A stretch of DNA of 63,844 bases, filler included, from Octopus bimaculoides (Eukaryota), in NCBI RefSeq assembly GCF_001194135.2. It is 10 parts of 10 records of this genome, joined end to end, with 100 filler letters (N's around TTAATTAATTAA, not from the genome) between each part and the next. Parts side by side here need not be neighbours in the genome. Positions count along the whole stretch, not along the records: positions 19,352 to 25,632 come from NW_026426633.1; positions 25,733 to 48,034 come from NC_068981.1; 8 more parts are not named here. The stretch is one strand, 5' to 3'. The notes beneath the pieces were generated by a model. The model was given only the letters and a program-made list of their open reading frames with translations. It was not told the DNA's origin and did no database searches. This document shows, in pieces, positions 22,868 through 36,250 of this stretch. The position numbers and the translations under genes are program-made. Position 1 is the stretch's first letter, and each line of letters begins with the position of its first letter.

Positions 22868-23805
22868 NNNNNNNNNNNNNNNNNNNNNNNNNNNNNNNNN
22901 NNNNNNNNNNNNNNNNNNNNNNNNNNNNNNNNNNNNNNNNNNNNNNNNNNNNNNNNNNNNNNNNNNNNNNNNNNNNNNNNNNNNNNNNNNNNNNNNNNNN
23001 NNNNNNNNNNNNNNNNNNNNNNNNNNNNNNNNNNNNNNNNNNNNNNNNNNNNNNNNNNNNNNNNNNNNNNNNNNNNNNNNNNNNNNNNNNNNNNNNNNNN
23101 NNNNNNNNNNNNNNNNNNNNNNNNNNNNNNNNNNNNNNNNNNNNNNNNNNNNNNNNNNNNNNNNNNNNNNNNNNNNNNNNNNNNNNNNNNNNNNNNNNNN
23201 NNNNNNNNNNNNNNNNNNNNNNNNNNNNNNNNNNNNNNNNNNNNNNNNNNNNNNNNNNNNNNNNNNNNNNNNNNNNNNNNNNNNNNNNNNNNNNNNNNNN
23301 NNNNNNNNNNNNNNNNNNNNNNNNNNNNNNNNNNNNNNNNNNNNNNNNNNNNNNNNNNNNNNNNNNNNNNNNNNNNNNNNNNNNNNNNNNNNNNNNNNNN
23401 NNNNNNNNNNNNNNNNNNNNNNNNNNNNNNNNNNNNNNNNNNNNNNNNNNNNNNNNNNNNNNNNNNNNNNNNNNNNNNNNNNNNNNNNNNNNNNNNNNNN
23501 NNNNNNNNNNNNNNNNNNNNNNNNNNNNNNNNNNNNNNNNNNNNNNNNNNNNNNNNNNNNNNNNNNNNNNNNNNNNNNNNNNNNNNNNNNNNNNNNNNNN
23601 NNNNNNNNNNNNNNNNNNNNNNNNNNNNNNNNNNNNNNNNNNNNNNNNNNNNNNNNNNNNNNNNNNNNNNNNNNNNNNNNNNNNNNNNNNNNNNNNNNNN
23701 NNNNNNNNNNNNNNNNNNNNNNNNNNNNNNNNNNNNNNNNNNNNNNNNNNNNNNNNNNNNNNNNNNNNATATATATATATATACATACATAATACATATA
23801 TACAA

Positions 23806-24730
23806 GTGGGCTGAAAAGAATAGCATGCAGTTTAATGCTGAAAAGTTTCAAGCCTTCTGCTATCAAAATGCAAAACTAAATGCAATACCCATGAAATATA
23901 CTGGACCTGGAAGAATTGCAATCCCAGAGGCACAGTCAGTGTGAGACCTGGGCATTTACATGAGTGATGATGCATCTTGTCATCTGCATGTTGCTAAATT
24001 GGCAATGAAATGCAGGTGACTGACCGGATGGATTCTTAGGACTTTTAGAACAAGAGATCAGGAAACCATGATGGTCTGCTGGAGGACACTTGTCCTAAGA
24101 CACTTTGACTATTGCTCTCAGCTATGATCACCTCCCAGTGTCAAATTATTCTGCCTCAAGTTCTGTGTCAAATTAATCTCAGAACTTGAGGCAATCCAAC
24201 GAAGTTACACGAAGAAGATAGCCTCTATGCAGCATATAAGCTATTGGGAAAGACTCAAGAGATGAAGACTCTATTCCTTAGGCATAGTTGAGAAAGATAT
24301 GCCATAATACACATCTAGAAGATTCCCGAAGGACTTGTCCCTAACTTTGGCATCAAAAGTTACACAAATACTAGAACTGGGCGCCACTGCATAGTGGCAA
24401 GGACTCCAAATTTGCCATCAAGATGTAGGACAAGATACTGCAATAGCTTGGGATTCAGAGGTCCACAGCTCTTCAGTATCCTCCCAAAGGACCTAAGAGA
24501 CCTGCATGGGGTGGATGTAGGTATCTTCAAAATAAAGCTGGACCTCTTCCTCTCAAGTGTCCCAGATGAACCAACTTTGTGGCAGGAGGTGCAGATGAGG
24601 GCAGCTGCATCAAACTCTCTCATTCATCAAATGTCAATTTCTGAAAAGCATTTGTGAAGTAAAATTATGTAGTAACACCAAATGGCGGTGCCCCAGAATG
24701 GCCACAGCTCAAGAGCTGAAACTAGACAAA
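23806..24730 (+). mobile_element. CR1-type LINE 3' part (same family as 19331-22445, opposite strand)
   Basis: WAEKNSMQFNAEKFQA..GWILRTFRTRDQETMMV..DYCSQL..ELEAIQRSYTKKI..GFRGPQLFSILPKDLR, then 3' UTR and (TA)-rich tail. Confidence 0.9.
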
Positions 24731-25058
24731 ATGAGAAAAAATGAAAAAATATAATATATATATAATATCTATATACATAATATATATATAATATATATAA
24801 TATATATATAATACATATCATATATATATAATACATATCATATATATATNNNNNNNNNNNNNNNNNNNNNNNNNNNNNNNNNNNNNNNNNNNNNNNNNNN
24901 NNNNNNNNNNNNNNNNNNNNNNNNNNNNNNNNNNNNNNNNNNNNNNNNNNNNNNNNNNNNNNNNNNNNNNNNNNNNNNNNNNNNNNNNNNNNNNNNNNNN
25001 NNNNNNNNNNNNNNNNNNNNNNNNNNNNNNNNNNNNNNNNNNNNNNNNNNNNNNNNNN

Positions 25059-25632
25059 ATACTAGCAGTATAACCCGACTTTGTCCGGGTGTAACTTATT
25101 ACGCCATCTACGATAAGTCTTGCTAGGTGAAAATCAACTAAAAAAGAAAGCCTTACAACGAGAAAACCCTTATGATGTAAATATGTTCATAATTCAAAAG
25201 ACGATGAAATTAATAGGGAAAGTCTGAAGGCTGTTTAGCGTAAAATTATTAAGCGTACGTAAATTTCATCCGTCTAATTGGCTATAGAAATGCTTGTGCA
25301 AAACAAGTTTTTGCGCTGCCCTGATTATACATAGCAAGGTAATCCCTTTTCGCAGGAGCTAGGACGGCAATTTATGATGAAGCAATTGCTGGCGATCTGT
25401 TGCTACACAGTTTTGCCTGAATTCTATCAGATTGGGCAGAAAATGTTGATGCACCATTTCGCAATATGTTTAAAGTAGCTTCTGGAATGTGGTGAATTGC
25501 TGCAGTCTGTTGCTGTCATTTTAAACCGGTTGCTGTCTTTCCCCAGCAAACTCTAACACCCTAGTGAAAATCGTGGTATATCTACAAAACATTGACAAAC
25601 ATGAGTTATATTTTACTGAATGATTGTGTACT
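25059..25632 (+). mobile_element. Probable Helitron-derived fragment
   Basis: Starts ATACTAGCAGTATAACCCGACTTTGTCCGGG (Helitron-like end); weak Pif1-helicase-like pieces (YDE, GD, CLK..LWN) with stops. Confidence 0.35.
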
Positions 25633-25964
25633 NNNNNNNNNNNNNNNNNNNNNNNNNNNNNNNNNNNNNNNNNNNNTTAATTAATTAANNNNNNNNNNNN
25701 NNNNNNNNNNNNNNNNNNNNNNNNNNNNNNNNGTTGAGATGTATTGTAAGATACAGAAATAAATTTATTTCTCAAACGCGTGATAATGCTATAAATAGCG
25801 TGATCAGGATAAATTATCCATATAATGCAGAAAAATACGTTACCGGCCAGCCATGAGACTCGAACTCACATCTCTGTGATTACATGTCAAGTGTTTTACC
25901 ATTAAACCAAACTGTTTAAAAAGTCAATAAAAGAAAATGGAGAAGAAAAAATATAAAAGATGCT

Positions 25965-26167
25965 TACTCTCTTTTTACTCTTTTACTTGTTTCAGTCATT
26001 TGACTGAAGCCATGCTGGGGCACCGCCGTTAGTCGAGCAAATCGACCCCCAGGACTTATTCTTTGTAAGCCTAGTACTTATTCTATCGGTCCTTTTTGCC
26101 GAACCGCTAAATTACGGGGACGTAAACACACCACCATCGGTTGTCAAGCGATGTTGGGGGACGGACA
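25965..26167 (-). mobile_element. SINE family B
   Basis: Homologous to 4603-4789; followed by (CA)n(TA)n. Confidence 0.85.
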
Positions 26168-26170
26168 CAG

Positions 26171-26250
<80 letters not shown>

Positions 26251-26386
26251 CTGTGTGTATGTGTATATGTTTACGTGTCTGTGTTTAGGGCGTTTATGGT
26301 TATTATCAGGTATATGTTTTTTATATGGTGTAGGTTTCTTACGTTCCTTACTATTAGTTTTGTAGCTGGATTCTGTTTAATAGTGA

Positions 26387-26645
<259 letters not shown>

Positions 26646-26659
26646 TACTTGAATGATTG

Positions 26660-27950
26660 TTTTTATTTGTATTGTAATTCTTATTAATTCGAAGCATAGA
26701 TTCAATTTTATCTATAGACAATTTATCATTTATCTTGTTGACTGTCTGTGTATACCTTGCCTTAGCCAATGCTGAGTTATAATATTCTTTATTAATATTA
26801 AAAAATTCTTTGTTAGATGAGAGCTAATTAATTCTACATTGTATATTTTTAACTAAGCATTTGGTAATTATTTTGGGATGATTACTATCATAATTGATAT
26901 ATGTTAGCTTTGAATTAGGTTTCTGATATGATGCATAGTTTCCTGTGAGTAGGTTAAGGTTGACATCTATAAACTTTAGTGAACTTTGCTCATTTTCTAC
27001 AGAAATTTTCTGGCCAAACGTATTACAGAATCTATGAAATTTTTTAGTATAATTTTCTAATTTCATATTACTAGTAGATTTAATTATAAATAATGCATCA
27101 TCCCTATTTCTGGAAATTCATTATTGAACTTATAGAGAATATAAATTACTACTATATCAGTGACCTGAGCTGAATCAGTAGATCCCATAGGTATATCAAA
27201 GTAGTCGGGTGTGTCTTTTCTAGCCCAGTATTTGTTGTCAAATTTAATTAATGATTTTCCATCATTGAGAATGATATTAATTTCTTTGCGAGACAAGTTG
27301 GTATGACCCATAGCAAATATTAGGGCACTATTTAATACTATGGGGTTTATTAAAGAATAATAATCATTGATATCTACCTGTATAAATCTGTTTATCCTTA
27401 TTATCTATCCGATTAAACCAATTTATGGCTTTTTGTGTATTAAACCAGAGTTCTAATTTTAATTTATTCTTAAGTTGGACTATATATTTATCTTTAATTA
27501 ATTCACTTAATTTACTTATGTCTGCTTTTTCTGGACAAATAAGTCTAACTTTAGGGAGGGTACAAAAATTTGGTCATCAATATTATATTCTGTCATTTTT
27601 TACACACAAGGTTAATATTTCTATGTTATTATGTACTATTTTAAATTCTTTTTAGTAATTTCCTTGTGCATAAGGTCATGATATAAGTCAATGTTTATAT
27701 TGTATAGATTTCCAGTCTTATCAGAGGTAGCCAATATTCCTTCTTTAAATTTCAGGTGTGAGATAATGTTCTTTAATTTTTCATGTGCTGGTCTGTAAAT
27801 AGGTGTTTCACAAATGTCAATTTCTTTATTGCATCCCAAATATTATCTTCGAAAGTATCTCTTAATCTTGTAATTATACCATTCAATGATTTACCTTAAC
27901 CCTTACTATTTATTAATCATAGATATACATATATTCACCATTAAATAAAC
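26660..27950 (-). mobile_element. Penelope-like element reverse transcriptase, decayed
   Basis: SDKTGNLY..LPKVRLICPEK..IQVDIND..KSLIKFDNKYWARK..YFDIPMGSTDSAQVTDIV..FIDVNLNL..YQKPNSKLTYINYDSNHPKII; PLE-RT motifs with frameshifts. Confidence 0.85.
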
Positions 27951-28129
27951 CCCAAATTTATATTTTTTAATACAAACCTTATTTTTACATAAATGCAGTT
28001 AGCATCTGGATTATTTTTAGCAATCCCTTACGGGGATATCGTTTCTTCAAATTTGTGAATTATACACATACATACATACATACATACATACATACATACA
28101 TACATACATACATGTATATATATATCAAA

Positions 28130-29290
28130 GGTTGAACAGAAAGAACACAAAGAGAAAAGGCAGAGCACACGGGAAACTAGACGGAAACTTAAAGGACAGG
28201 AAATTTAGACAAAGACACGATACACATTATATTCGCAACACAGTTTTCCTCGTCAGTCAATGACGCAAAGTATCATAAAGGTTTCGCTCCATTACCACTG
28301 AGACCATTCAAGTTTGCAGGCGTCAATGCTATTATCAAGCTACTGGGAAAAAGCTAGTGAATGTATACTGAGACAGAAACAAACAAGACATTATATAAAT
28401 ACAACAGTCAAAGAATTATGCGTATATAACAGTGCAAAGCCTTACAGCTATATACAACAGAAGAATAAAATAATCATATGATACATATATCACTATTACA
28501 ATAGAGATAGCTTTGCAGCTATCAAACGAACTTAGTGGGGTTGCGCAAAGATGAAATGGAGTAAGCCCTAGAGGACGTAGCAGGAACCCAGACCAGTATG
28601 ACCAGTCTGGTCAAAGGCAAGGCGAAAAAGAACAATACCACCTTCACCGGATACCAGTCACGTAGTAGGGAAGAGGAAGTGTTGAGAGAGAGAAAGAGGG
28701 GGTGATAAAGAGAGAACGAAGGAACAGAGGAATTAGAGAAACAGAGGAGAAAGGTACAAGGGAGGCAAGCAAAGGCGGAAAGAGAGGGTAAGAGTGGAGA
28801 AAGAGATAGAGTAAGAGTAGAGGTGGAAAGAGATAGAGTAAGAGGGAAAGAGGTGGAGAAAGAGAGAGAGAACGAAACAGCAGGGGAGACAGAAAGAGAC
28901 AGAAGAGAGAAGTACGAGGGAGGAAAACAAAGGTGGAAAGAGAGAGTAAGAGTGGAGAAAGAGAGAGAGAGAGAGTAAGAGTAGAGGTGGAAGGAGATAG
29001 TGTATGAGTAGAGATAGAGTTAAGAGTCGCACTATAAATATTCAACGAATATCCTTTATTCAACAATAAAGCAAACAGAGTGTTTGTTGCGCTACATGGA
29101 TGTATCAAGATTTCAACAGAAGAACACAACAAGGAAAAATGATATTTTGCGTCATTGACTAACGAGGAAAACCCAGCTGTGAATATTCCGTGTATCGTGT
29201 CTTTGTCTAAATTTCCCGTCCGTTAGTGTCTCGTTTGGTCTGCTTTGGTCTAACATCTTCTCCTTGTTGTGTTCTTTCTGTTCAACCCTT
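28130..29290. repeat. Diverged ~150-bp inverted repeat pair (28130-28280 / 29140-29290)
   Basis: Shared blocks TTTGCGTCATTGACT.ACGAGGAAAAC, TGTATCGTGTCTTTGTCTAAATTTCC and TTGTGTTCTTTCTGTTCAACC in opposite orientations. Confidence 0.85.
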
Positions 29291-29929
29291 CAAACATTCA
29301 TCTAGCGCAACGCACAGCCTGTTTGTTTGCTTTATATATATATATATATNNNNNNNNNNNNNNNNNNNNNNNNNNNNNNNNNNNNNNNNNNNNNNNNNNN
29401 NNNNNNNNNNNNNNNNNNNNNNNNNNNNNNNNNNNNNNNNNNNNNNNNNNNNNNNNNNNNNNNNNNNNNNNNNNNNNNNNNNNNNNNNNNNNNNNNNNNN
29501 NNNNNNNNNNNNNNNNNNNNNNNNNNNNNNNNNNNNNNNNNNNNNNNNNNNNNNNNNNNNNNNNNNNNNNNNNNNNNNNNNNNNNNATGTTTGTAAATAT
29601 GTATACATCCTTTTTTTATATGTGTATACATGTATAATTATACTTTACATATAAGAGGAAAGACCACTAGGTGAACTCATCTTTTAATTGCATATTCTTT
29701 ACTTTTTTTATACAATATTATTTATATGTAATTCTTATTCACACATTGTATCTTTTTATTTTTTATATGTATATATATATATATATATTTTTACTTTCAT
29801 ATATATATTTATATTTATTGCATATCTTTTACTTTTTTATATTTATATATAATTCTTATTTACATTTGCAAATCATATATCGTACCTGTCTTTTTTTCTT
29901 TTCTTTTATGAATGAGCTACTCCGCATCG

Positions 29930-32350
29930 GTCACCGGAGCGATATTTGATCACTTTATAAAGTGTCTCATAAATCCAGTGACTGGTTCTCACACAAATCA
30001 GCAGAAATACATGACCTACTTTTAGAAAAACAAAACTTAGGCAATACACTTCTTTCTCAGTCCTTGAACCCTAACTCAAACGAAACTTACAGAAAGCCGG
30101 AAAGGGAAGTGCAGTCTGCTCTAAGGAAAATTAAACAGGAATGGTAGAATGATAGAACAAAAGGGGTACAAGAAGCAGCTAATAGAGATGATACCAAGGG
30201 TTTGTACTCTTATGTTAAGGAGTTATATGGCCCAAAATCTTCCTCAATAACTCCAGTGAGAACAGCAAATGGACGTTTGTTTCTGACTGACACCGCTTAA
30301 GCGTTAGGTAGAACATTTTTCTGCACTTTTGAATAGACCATCATCCGTTGACATGAGGACGATAGAAAAAATTGAACACCTTTCAGTTATAGAGGACATG
30401 GCATCTGAACAAACTCTAAATGACATTTATTTAGTTGTGAATAAGCTGAATAACAATAAGTCTCCAGGGTCTGATGGAATCTGTGCAGAAGTCTTGAAAT
30501 ATGGGGGTGAGAAAATGTTTGAACTCTTAGATATATTAATTTGCCACTGTTGGAGAACTGGAGACCGGATTGATGCTATTTTAGTCTCCTTGTATAAATC
30601 GGGGCCAAAAGATCTGTGTGGTAATTTTCATGGGATTTCGCTTTTGTCTGTGGTTGGAAAGGTACTTGCCCGCATTTTGTTAGAACGTTTAAATACCTTC
30701 ATAGTTCCAAATATAGTGTTTGAGTCCCAGTGCGGTTTTCGTTCTTCCAGGGGCACAGCTGATTGTATCTTTATTGTCAGACAATTACAAGAAAAGTGCA
30801 TTGAACAGAATCTTGCTCTATGCCATTGCTTTGTTGATTTGAGCAAAGCATTCGATACTATTAATCGAAATGCTCTGTGTATAATTCTAAGGAAAATAGA
30901 TTGCCCAGAAAAATTTGTAAACATGGTCAGGGCTTTGCATCAAGATATGAAAGCTAGAGTTAATTTTGGTGGTAGGCTCTTTGAATATTTTGCTGTGGAA
31001 AATGGAGTAAAGCAAGAGACCTTGATGCACTCACCCTCGTTGCAATATACTTTGCTGTTGTGTTGTCACATACTTTTCAAAACTCTGAGGAGGGTATTTA
31101 CATAAAATATCGAACAACAGGGAATGTTTTTAATCTGACCAGATTGAAATTCAAAACAAAGGTTTTTACTTCACTCATTAGGGAACTTTTGTATGCTGAC
31201 GATTGCGATCTTGTCAGTCATTCTGAAACAGGTCTGCAATCTCTTGTATCTGCATTTGACTCAGCTTGTGATGATTTTGGCTTGACCATCAACTTGAAAA
31301 AAAAAAACAATTGTAATGCATAAACCTGCGTGTGGTGCTGGTATTCTTGTTAAGGAAAAAGTTTTGTTAGGGGAAAGTTACTTGAGGTTGTCGATTCGTT
31401 TGTCTACCTTGGAAGCTCTGTTCAAAATGATGGAATTCTTGATACAGAAATACAGCTGCGAATTCAAAGGGCAGTGAAAGCATTTGGTGGCTTGGAGTCA
31501 CGCGTTTGGTGCCAGCGACATATGAATAAGAATACAAAGCTGGCTCTTGCAAATCATTTGTCTTGCTATCCCTGTTGTATTTCTGTGAAACTTGAACTTG
31601 TTATGAAAGACATTTTAAATTGTTAGAACAATTCCACCAAAAATGCCTTCATCGCGTTTTAAATATTAAATTGAGTTCTTTTACTCCAAACACAGATGTC
31701 CTTGCTTCTGCAGGCATCACCTCAATTAAAGCTATGATTTTGAGGAACCAATTGAAATGAGCTTGCAAAGCGGAAACGTTATCGGCGTAAACCTAAAAAA
31801 AGTTTTAAGGACGGAATAAGGACTACTATGAAGTCACTTGGAATGGTTCTAGAAGATATAGAAACCCTTGCTTCGGATAGAGTTGGATGCCGAACAAAGG
31901 TGTGGAGTAGAGTAAAAGCATTTGAAGAGGCCAAGATAACGCAAGTTAAGACTGCAAAGAGATTTAAGGAAAAATGTAACGATCGAGAATGACAATGACC
32001 TTTTTGTGTGCACAGTCTATGACAGACCATGCTTGTCTTTAACTGGCCTCAAATCTCATCTGTGAACGCATGGAAAACGAACCTCCACCAACTATTCTGA
32101 CTATATGTCTGTGCACACCTTTGAATGCTGTGTATTCCAGAAGGTTTGCAAATCCAATGGAGGCCTCAAAAGACATGTTAATATCCACAAAGAGCAGAAC
32201 TTATCTGCAGGTATTGGTGGTCCAGATCAGAGGTGAAATCTATGTGGGTGTCTTTTCAGAACATTGCCTGGTTTAAAAAGCCACATCAAACACCATGATG
32301 ATGCTAAGGTGTAGGTACAGGAGGTGGTCAAACTCTTTATAAGGAGTAGA
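29930..32350 (+). mobile_element. RTE-clade LINE (RT plus C-terminal zinc fingers), 5'-truncated and decayed
   Basis: KSPGSDGICAEVLKYGG..GISLLSVVGKVLARIL..ESQCGFRSSRGTAD..RQLQEKCIEQN..FVDLSKAFDTINR..RELLYADD..GLTINLKK; (TA)n tail at about 32350. Confidence 0.92.
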
Positions 32351-32461
32351 CAACCACCGTATATATATACATGTATATATATATATATTTATATATATAT
32401 ATGTATGTATATATGTGTGTGTGTGTGTAGACATGCATACGCATACTTACACAGCGCGCAC

Positions 32462-32502
<41 letters not shown>

Positions 32503-33365
32503 CTTACTTAGCAGTGATCCCAAAGTTAAAATAGAAATACAAACAATGCGGCGGCTTTATGTTGTTTTGCTACTACACTAAAAAGAAAAGCAATTCAAAT
32601 CTATTCTAGTCATTATTAGAATAACAGGCAATACATGAATCTGTCTGATACAAAGCACGATTTAACTTGGATTCTCATGAGTAAGAAAATAATTCCATAA
32701 TCCAGAAAACTAAGATAAGTACCTTAGCAAGACTGATAAATATTTACAAAACCTTTATGAAAATTAAAGAATGAGCAGACGTAGAACAAACAGTGCTAAA
32801 AACCGAGACATTCTCATCTCACTTGTTTTCTTTCCTTCTTTTTCTTTTTTTGTTCATTTCTCTTTCTCTTTCTCTCTCTTTCGCTCACTCCTTTGTCCTC
32901 CATATTTGTTCCTGTAACCTTGCCAAGAGCAGATGGCCAGTAAAAAAAAAAAAAAATCATATATCATATTAAATAGATACGCACGCATCGCATACACATA
33001 CACACACGCAAAGACTCCCCAGACACTTATATTTATTTATATGTAAAGTAATGTACACACACACACACACANNNNNNNNNNNNNNNNNNNNNNNNNNNNN
33101 NNNNNNNNNNNNNNNNNNNNNNNNNNNNNNNNNNNNNNNNNNNNNNNNNNNNNNNNNNNNNNNNNNNNNNNNNNNNNNNNNNNNNNNNNNNNNNNNNNNN
33201 NNNNNNNNNNNNNNNNNNNNNNNNNNNNNNNNNNNNNNNNNNNNNNNNNNNNNNNNNNNNNNNNNNNNNNNNNNNNNNNNNNNNNNNNNNNNNNNNNNNN
33301 NNNNNNNNNNNNNNNNNNNATATATGTATATATATGTATATATATATGTATATATGTGTACATAT

Positions 33366-33413
<48 letters not shown>

Positions 33414-33796
33414 TTTTATGTATATGTATATATGTATGTAATTTCTTCCATGCAAGTGTGAGTGTGTGAGTTCTTATAAAAAGTATAAATACACTTATAA
33501 TTGTGAGTGTACTGAAGTGTTTTCTTTTATAATGATTCAATTGTTGAGTTTGGAGGTTTGTCTAGTCTATTTGTGATCAAATTATCCACCTATATTTCAT
33601 ATAATAATGTTTATCCCCCTGCAGCAAAATGCGTATTTATACAAACACGAACACCCATATAATGACACCTGCAGACACACAAAGAAACGCACAATCACAC
33701 ACACACGCATATAGAGTCATACTTATATGCATACTTTTGCAATGTATATATATGATATATGCATATATATTTTATATGTATATACATACATATACG

Positions 33797-33832
<36 letters not shown>

Positions 33833-33835
33833 ATA

Positions 33836-33904
<69 letters not shown>

Positions 33905-34199
33905 CTATATATATACACATATAAGCATATACATCTTTATATACACTTATATAAATACACACATGCATACTCACACACATAAATATATAAACATATATAA
34001 CCTTAAATCAAAGTAAAAAGAAATCACATATAGTGTCTCACATTTATTTTTTTGATGCTTTATTTGAAACAACCAAGTCAAACATAAATTATAATATTTC
34101 TTATAGCTGTCTATTCATGGTTTCAGCTATACATCAAGAGTTTAATTTCTTACATTATAAAGAATTACTTTATATCTAGGAAGACATGCTTTTGAAATT

Positions 34200-34510
34200 A
34201 TTCAAGGTAAACAAGTACTGGGCGACAATGGCCTAACGACATGTTCAGATCGCCACAGTATTTTTATTTCCTGTAACAATGCGATGTCTTTCCTTGCAGG
34301 GAGTCTGTCTATGTCTTTTCAGAAGTAGTTGTGTATCAACATTTCTTAACTGTCATAATTATATTAATTCAAGTTATGTTGGTGTTATTCTTCAACTTTT
34401 CGGTTTGCTTCAGTACAACATTGTTGTCCTTCGGCATTACGGTGTCCATTATTAAAACATTTTTATCGTGTTTGTCATGGAAAATTACATCAAGTTTCTA
34501 ATGTGTTTTG
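34200..34510 (-). mobile_element. R4/Dong-type REL domain remnant
   Basis: LDVIFHDKHDKNVLIMDTVMPKDNNVVLKQTEK resembles the PD..DK..K..IID...P.D.N...K..EK pattern. Confidence 0.6.
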
Positions 34511-35049
34511 TATGCTATAGCTCCAAAATATCTTCGCATAGTAATTTGTTACGATTTTCAGCTTGGGATTTTCCGGCTAGTGCCGCGTTCAGTCTGACCA
34601 GATTTGATGGGTAAAAGATTTCCCTGCAAACGTTTTAGCCTAACCCTTTGCAGTCCGGTTTTTATTATACTCACGGAATTTCAAACGGAGATAGTTATCT
34701 ACTCAGATTGCACCAAACAGGTAATCATGTGTGCGCTCACAATACACCCCCCCCCCCAAAAAAAAAACAGGAGCTGTTGTAGCAGTATAGAAGCTAATGC
34801 TGGAGAACACGTCGGGAGCTAATTGATGCAGGGTGCTGGGATTTGCGAAGTGTTTACTCTGAAAAGCTCTGACTGGGCTTGAAGTTACTAGTATATCAAA
34901 AATGTAGAGAGATAATCCTTTCACCAAAACTGAAGAGAAGTCCACTAGGATAAAGAGGGCAGACCCGTTGCATTTCAGTTTCTACTGAAATGCAAGCTGA
35001 AACTTGTTCAACACCAGCTAGGTCGATTGGGCGAGGCAGTCTACCATTG

Positions 35050-36250
35050 AAAAATCCCAAACTTCCTTAAACCTCAGGTGCATCACTGAAGATGCACCCC
35101 TTAGACCATCCATGAGATTTACTTTGCAATTAGCGAGCTGTCCTTTTTACACCTGACAATTAACCTCGTCTCTGTATTATATTTGTTGGTGTTCTTGTGA
35201 GTCACTCGGACGTTGTTTCTAGTTCTTTCGCTAAATCATGAAGATATAGTTTGGAAATTTTCTTTTATTAGTGTCTGTTATTTTGCCAGTGGCACCTTCT
35301 CATTTCAGGATATTTTTTTTAGCTGTTTCTACCGTGTAATATCTGGGTTACTACTTTAGCTCTTAGTGCTTTCAAGCAATATTATTTTGTACTTGTGGTT
35401 TTATAAGTTTTCACTATTAACGTTAAATTCACTGTTCATACCCTTTCCACTAAAGCGCCTACTTGCTGCTGAAAGTGCATGGGATTTTGTTTTGCTTTTA
35501 CGGTCTTCTTGTTAAAATCTTTTTGGATTGGAGAAATGTTGCTTGTTTTGTTCAAAGAAATATTATCACTTTTCATAACGACTGAGACTTTGTGATTTAG
35601 CGAGAATGTTTTGTTTTAAGTGTTCTTTCATTCCAGGCAGTTCTTTTGCATTGCTGCAGTACTTGTCACTCTTTTGTTCATTTATGTCTTTTAATTGTCG
35701 ATCTCATTAAGGCTTGAAAGAAAATATTCTTTTCTTTTTATCTTTTTCTATACAATTGTTCTTCACGTTTTGTTCTTGAACTTAATTTTTGCTATATGAG
35801 AAGTTTTGAGGAAATACTAACTTTTCATCACGACTAAAACGCAGCTGCAGTGATTATTGAGTTTACTCTGGTTATAGTAACGCTGAAATACAGCGTTACG
35901 TTTTGTCTTTTGAAATGTTTTCGTTTGTTTTTCTAAGATTTTCTATCGATTTAAATTATTTTACATATGTTCACTTTAGATTATTGTCATGTACAACATT
36001 TTAGCTTCACAAATCTATATTCTGAAATGATCAAAAATATCTAATTACGTTTCTATTTTCTTTGGGCCTACTTCTGGTTCAGGATTTGGTAATATGGCAT
36101 TTTATTTTGAAACCGTTCGTGATTTCCTTGGTTTACTTTTCTTGTCGATGTTTTATTTTGGCTGTTCATATTTTTATTGTCTTCGCTTTTGTCAGTTGAT
36201 TCTTTGTATTCTTACTGTTAAGTGTTATATTTCTATGATTGATATTTTCT
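35050..36250 (-). mobile_element. R4/Dong-type ORF N-terminal/pre-RT remnant, heavily decayed
   Basis: LAKSQSLSRYEK..EQNKQHFSNPKRF resembles the better preserved copy at 60048-60954 (KAARIARYEK..KNNPKIFY). Confidence 0.5.

Noticed and set aside
28200-28310. CTGACGA/GAAAC motifs as a second hammerhead
   Set aside because: Stems I and II cannot form. The CTGATGA matches at ~37145 and ~39066 likewise lack a paired GAAA and stems.
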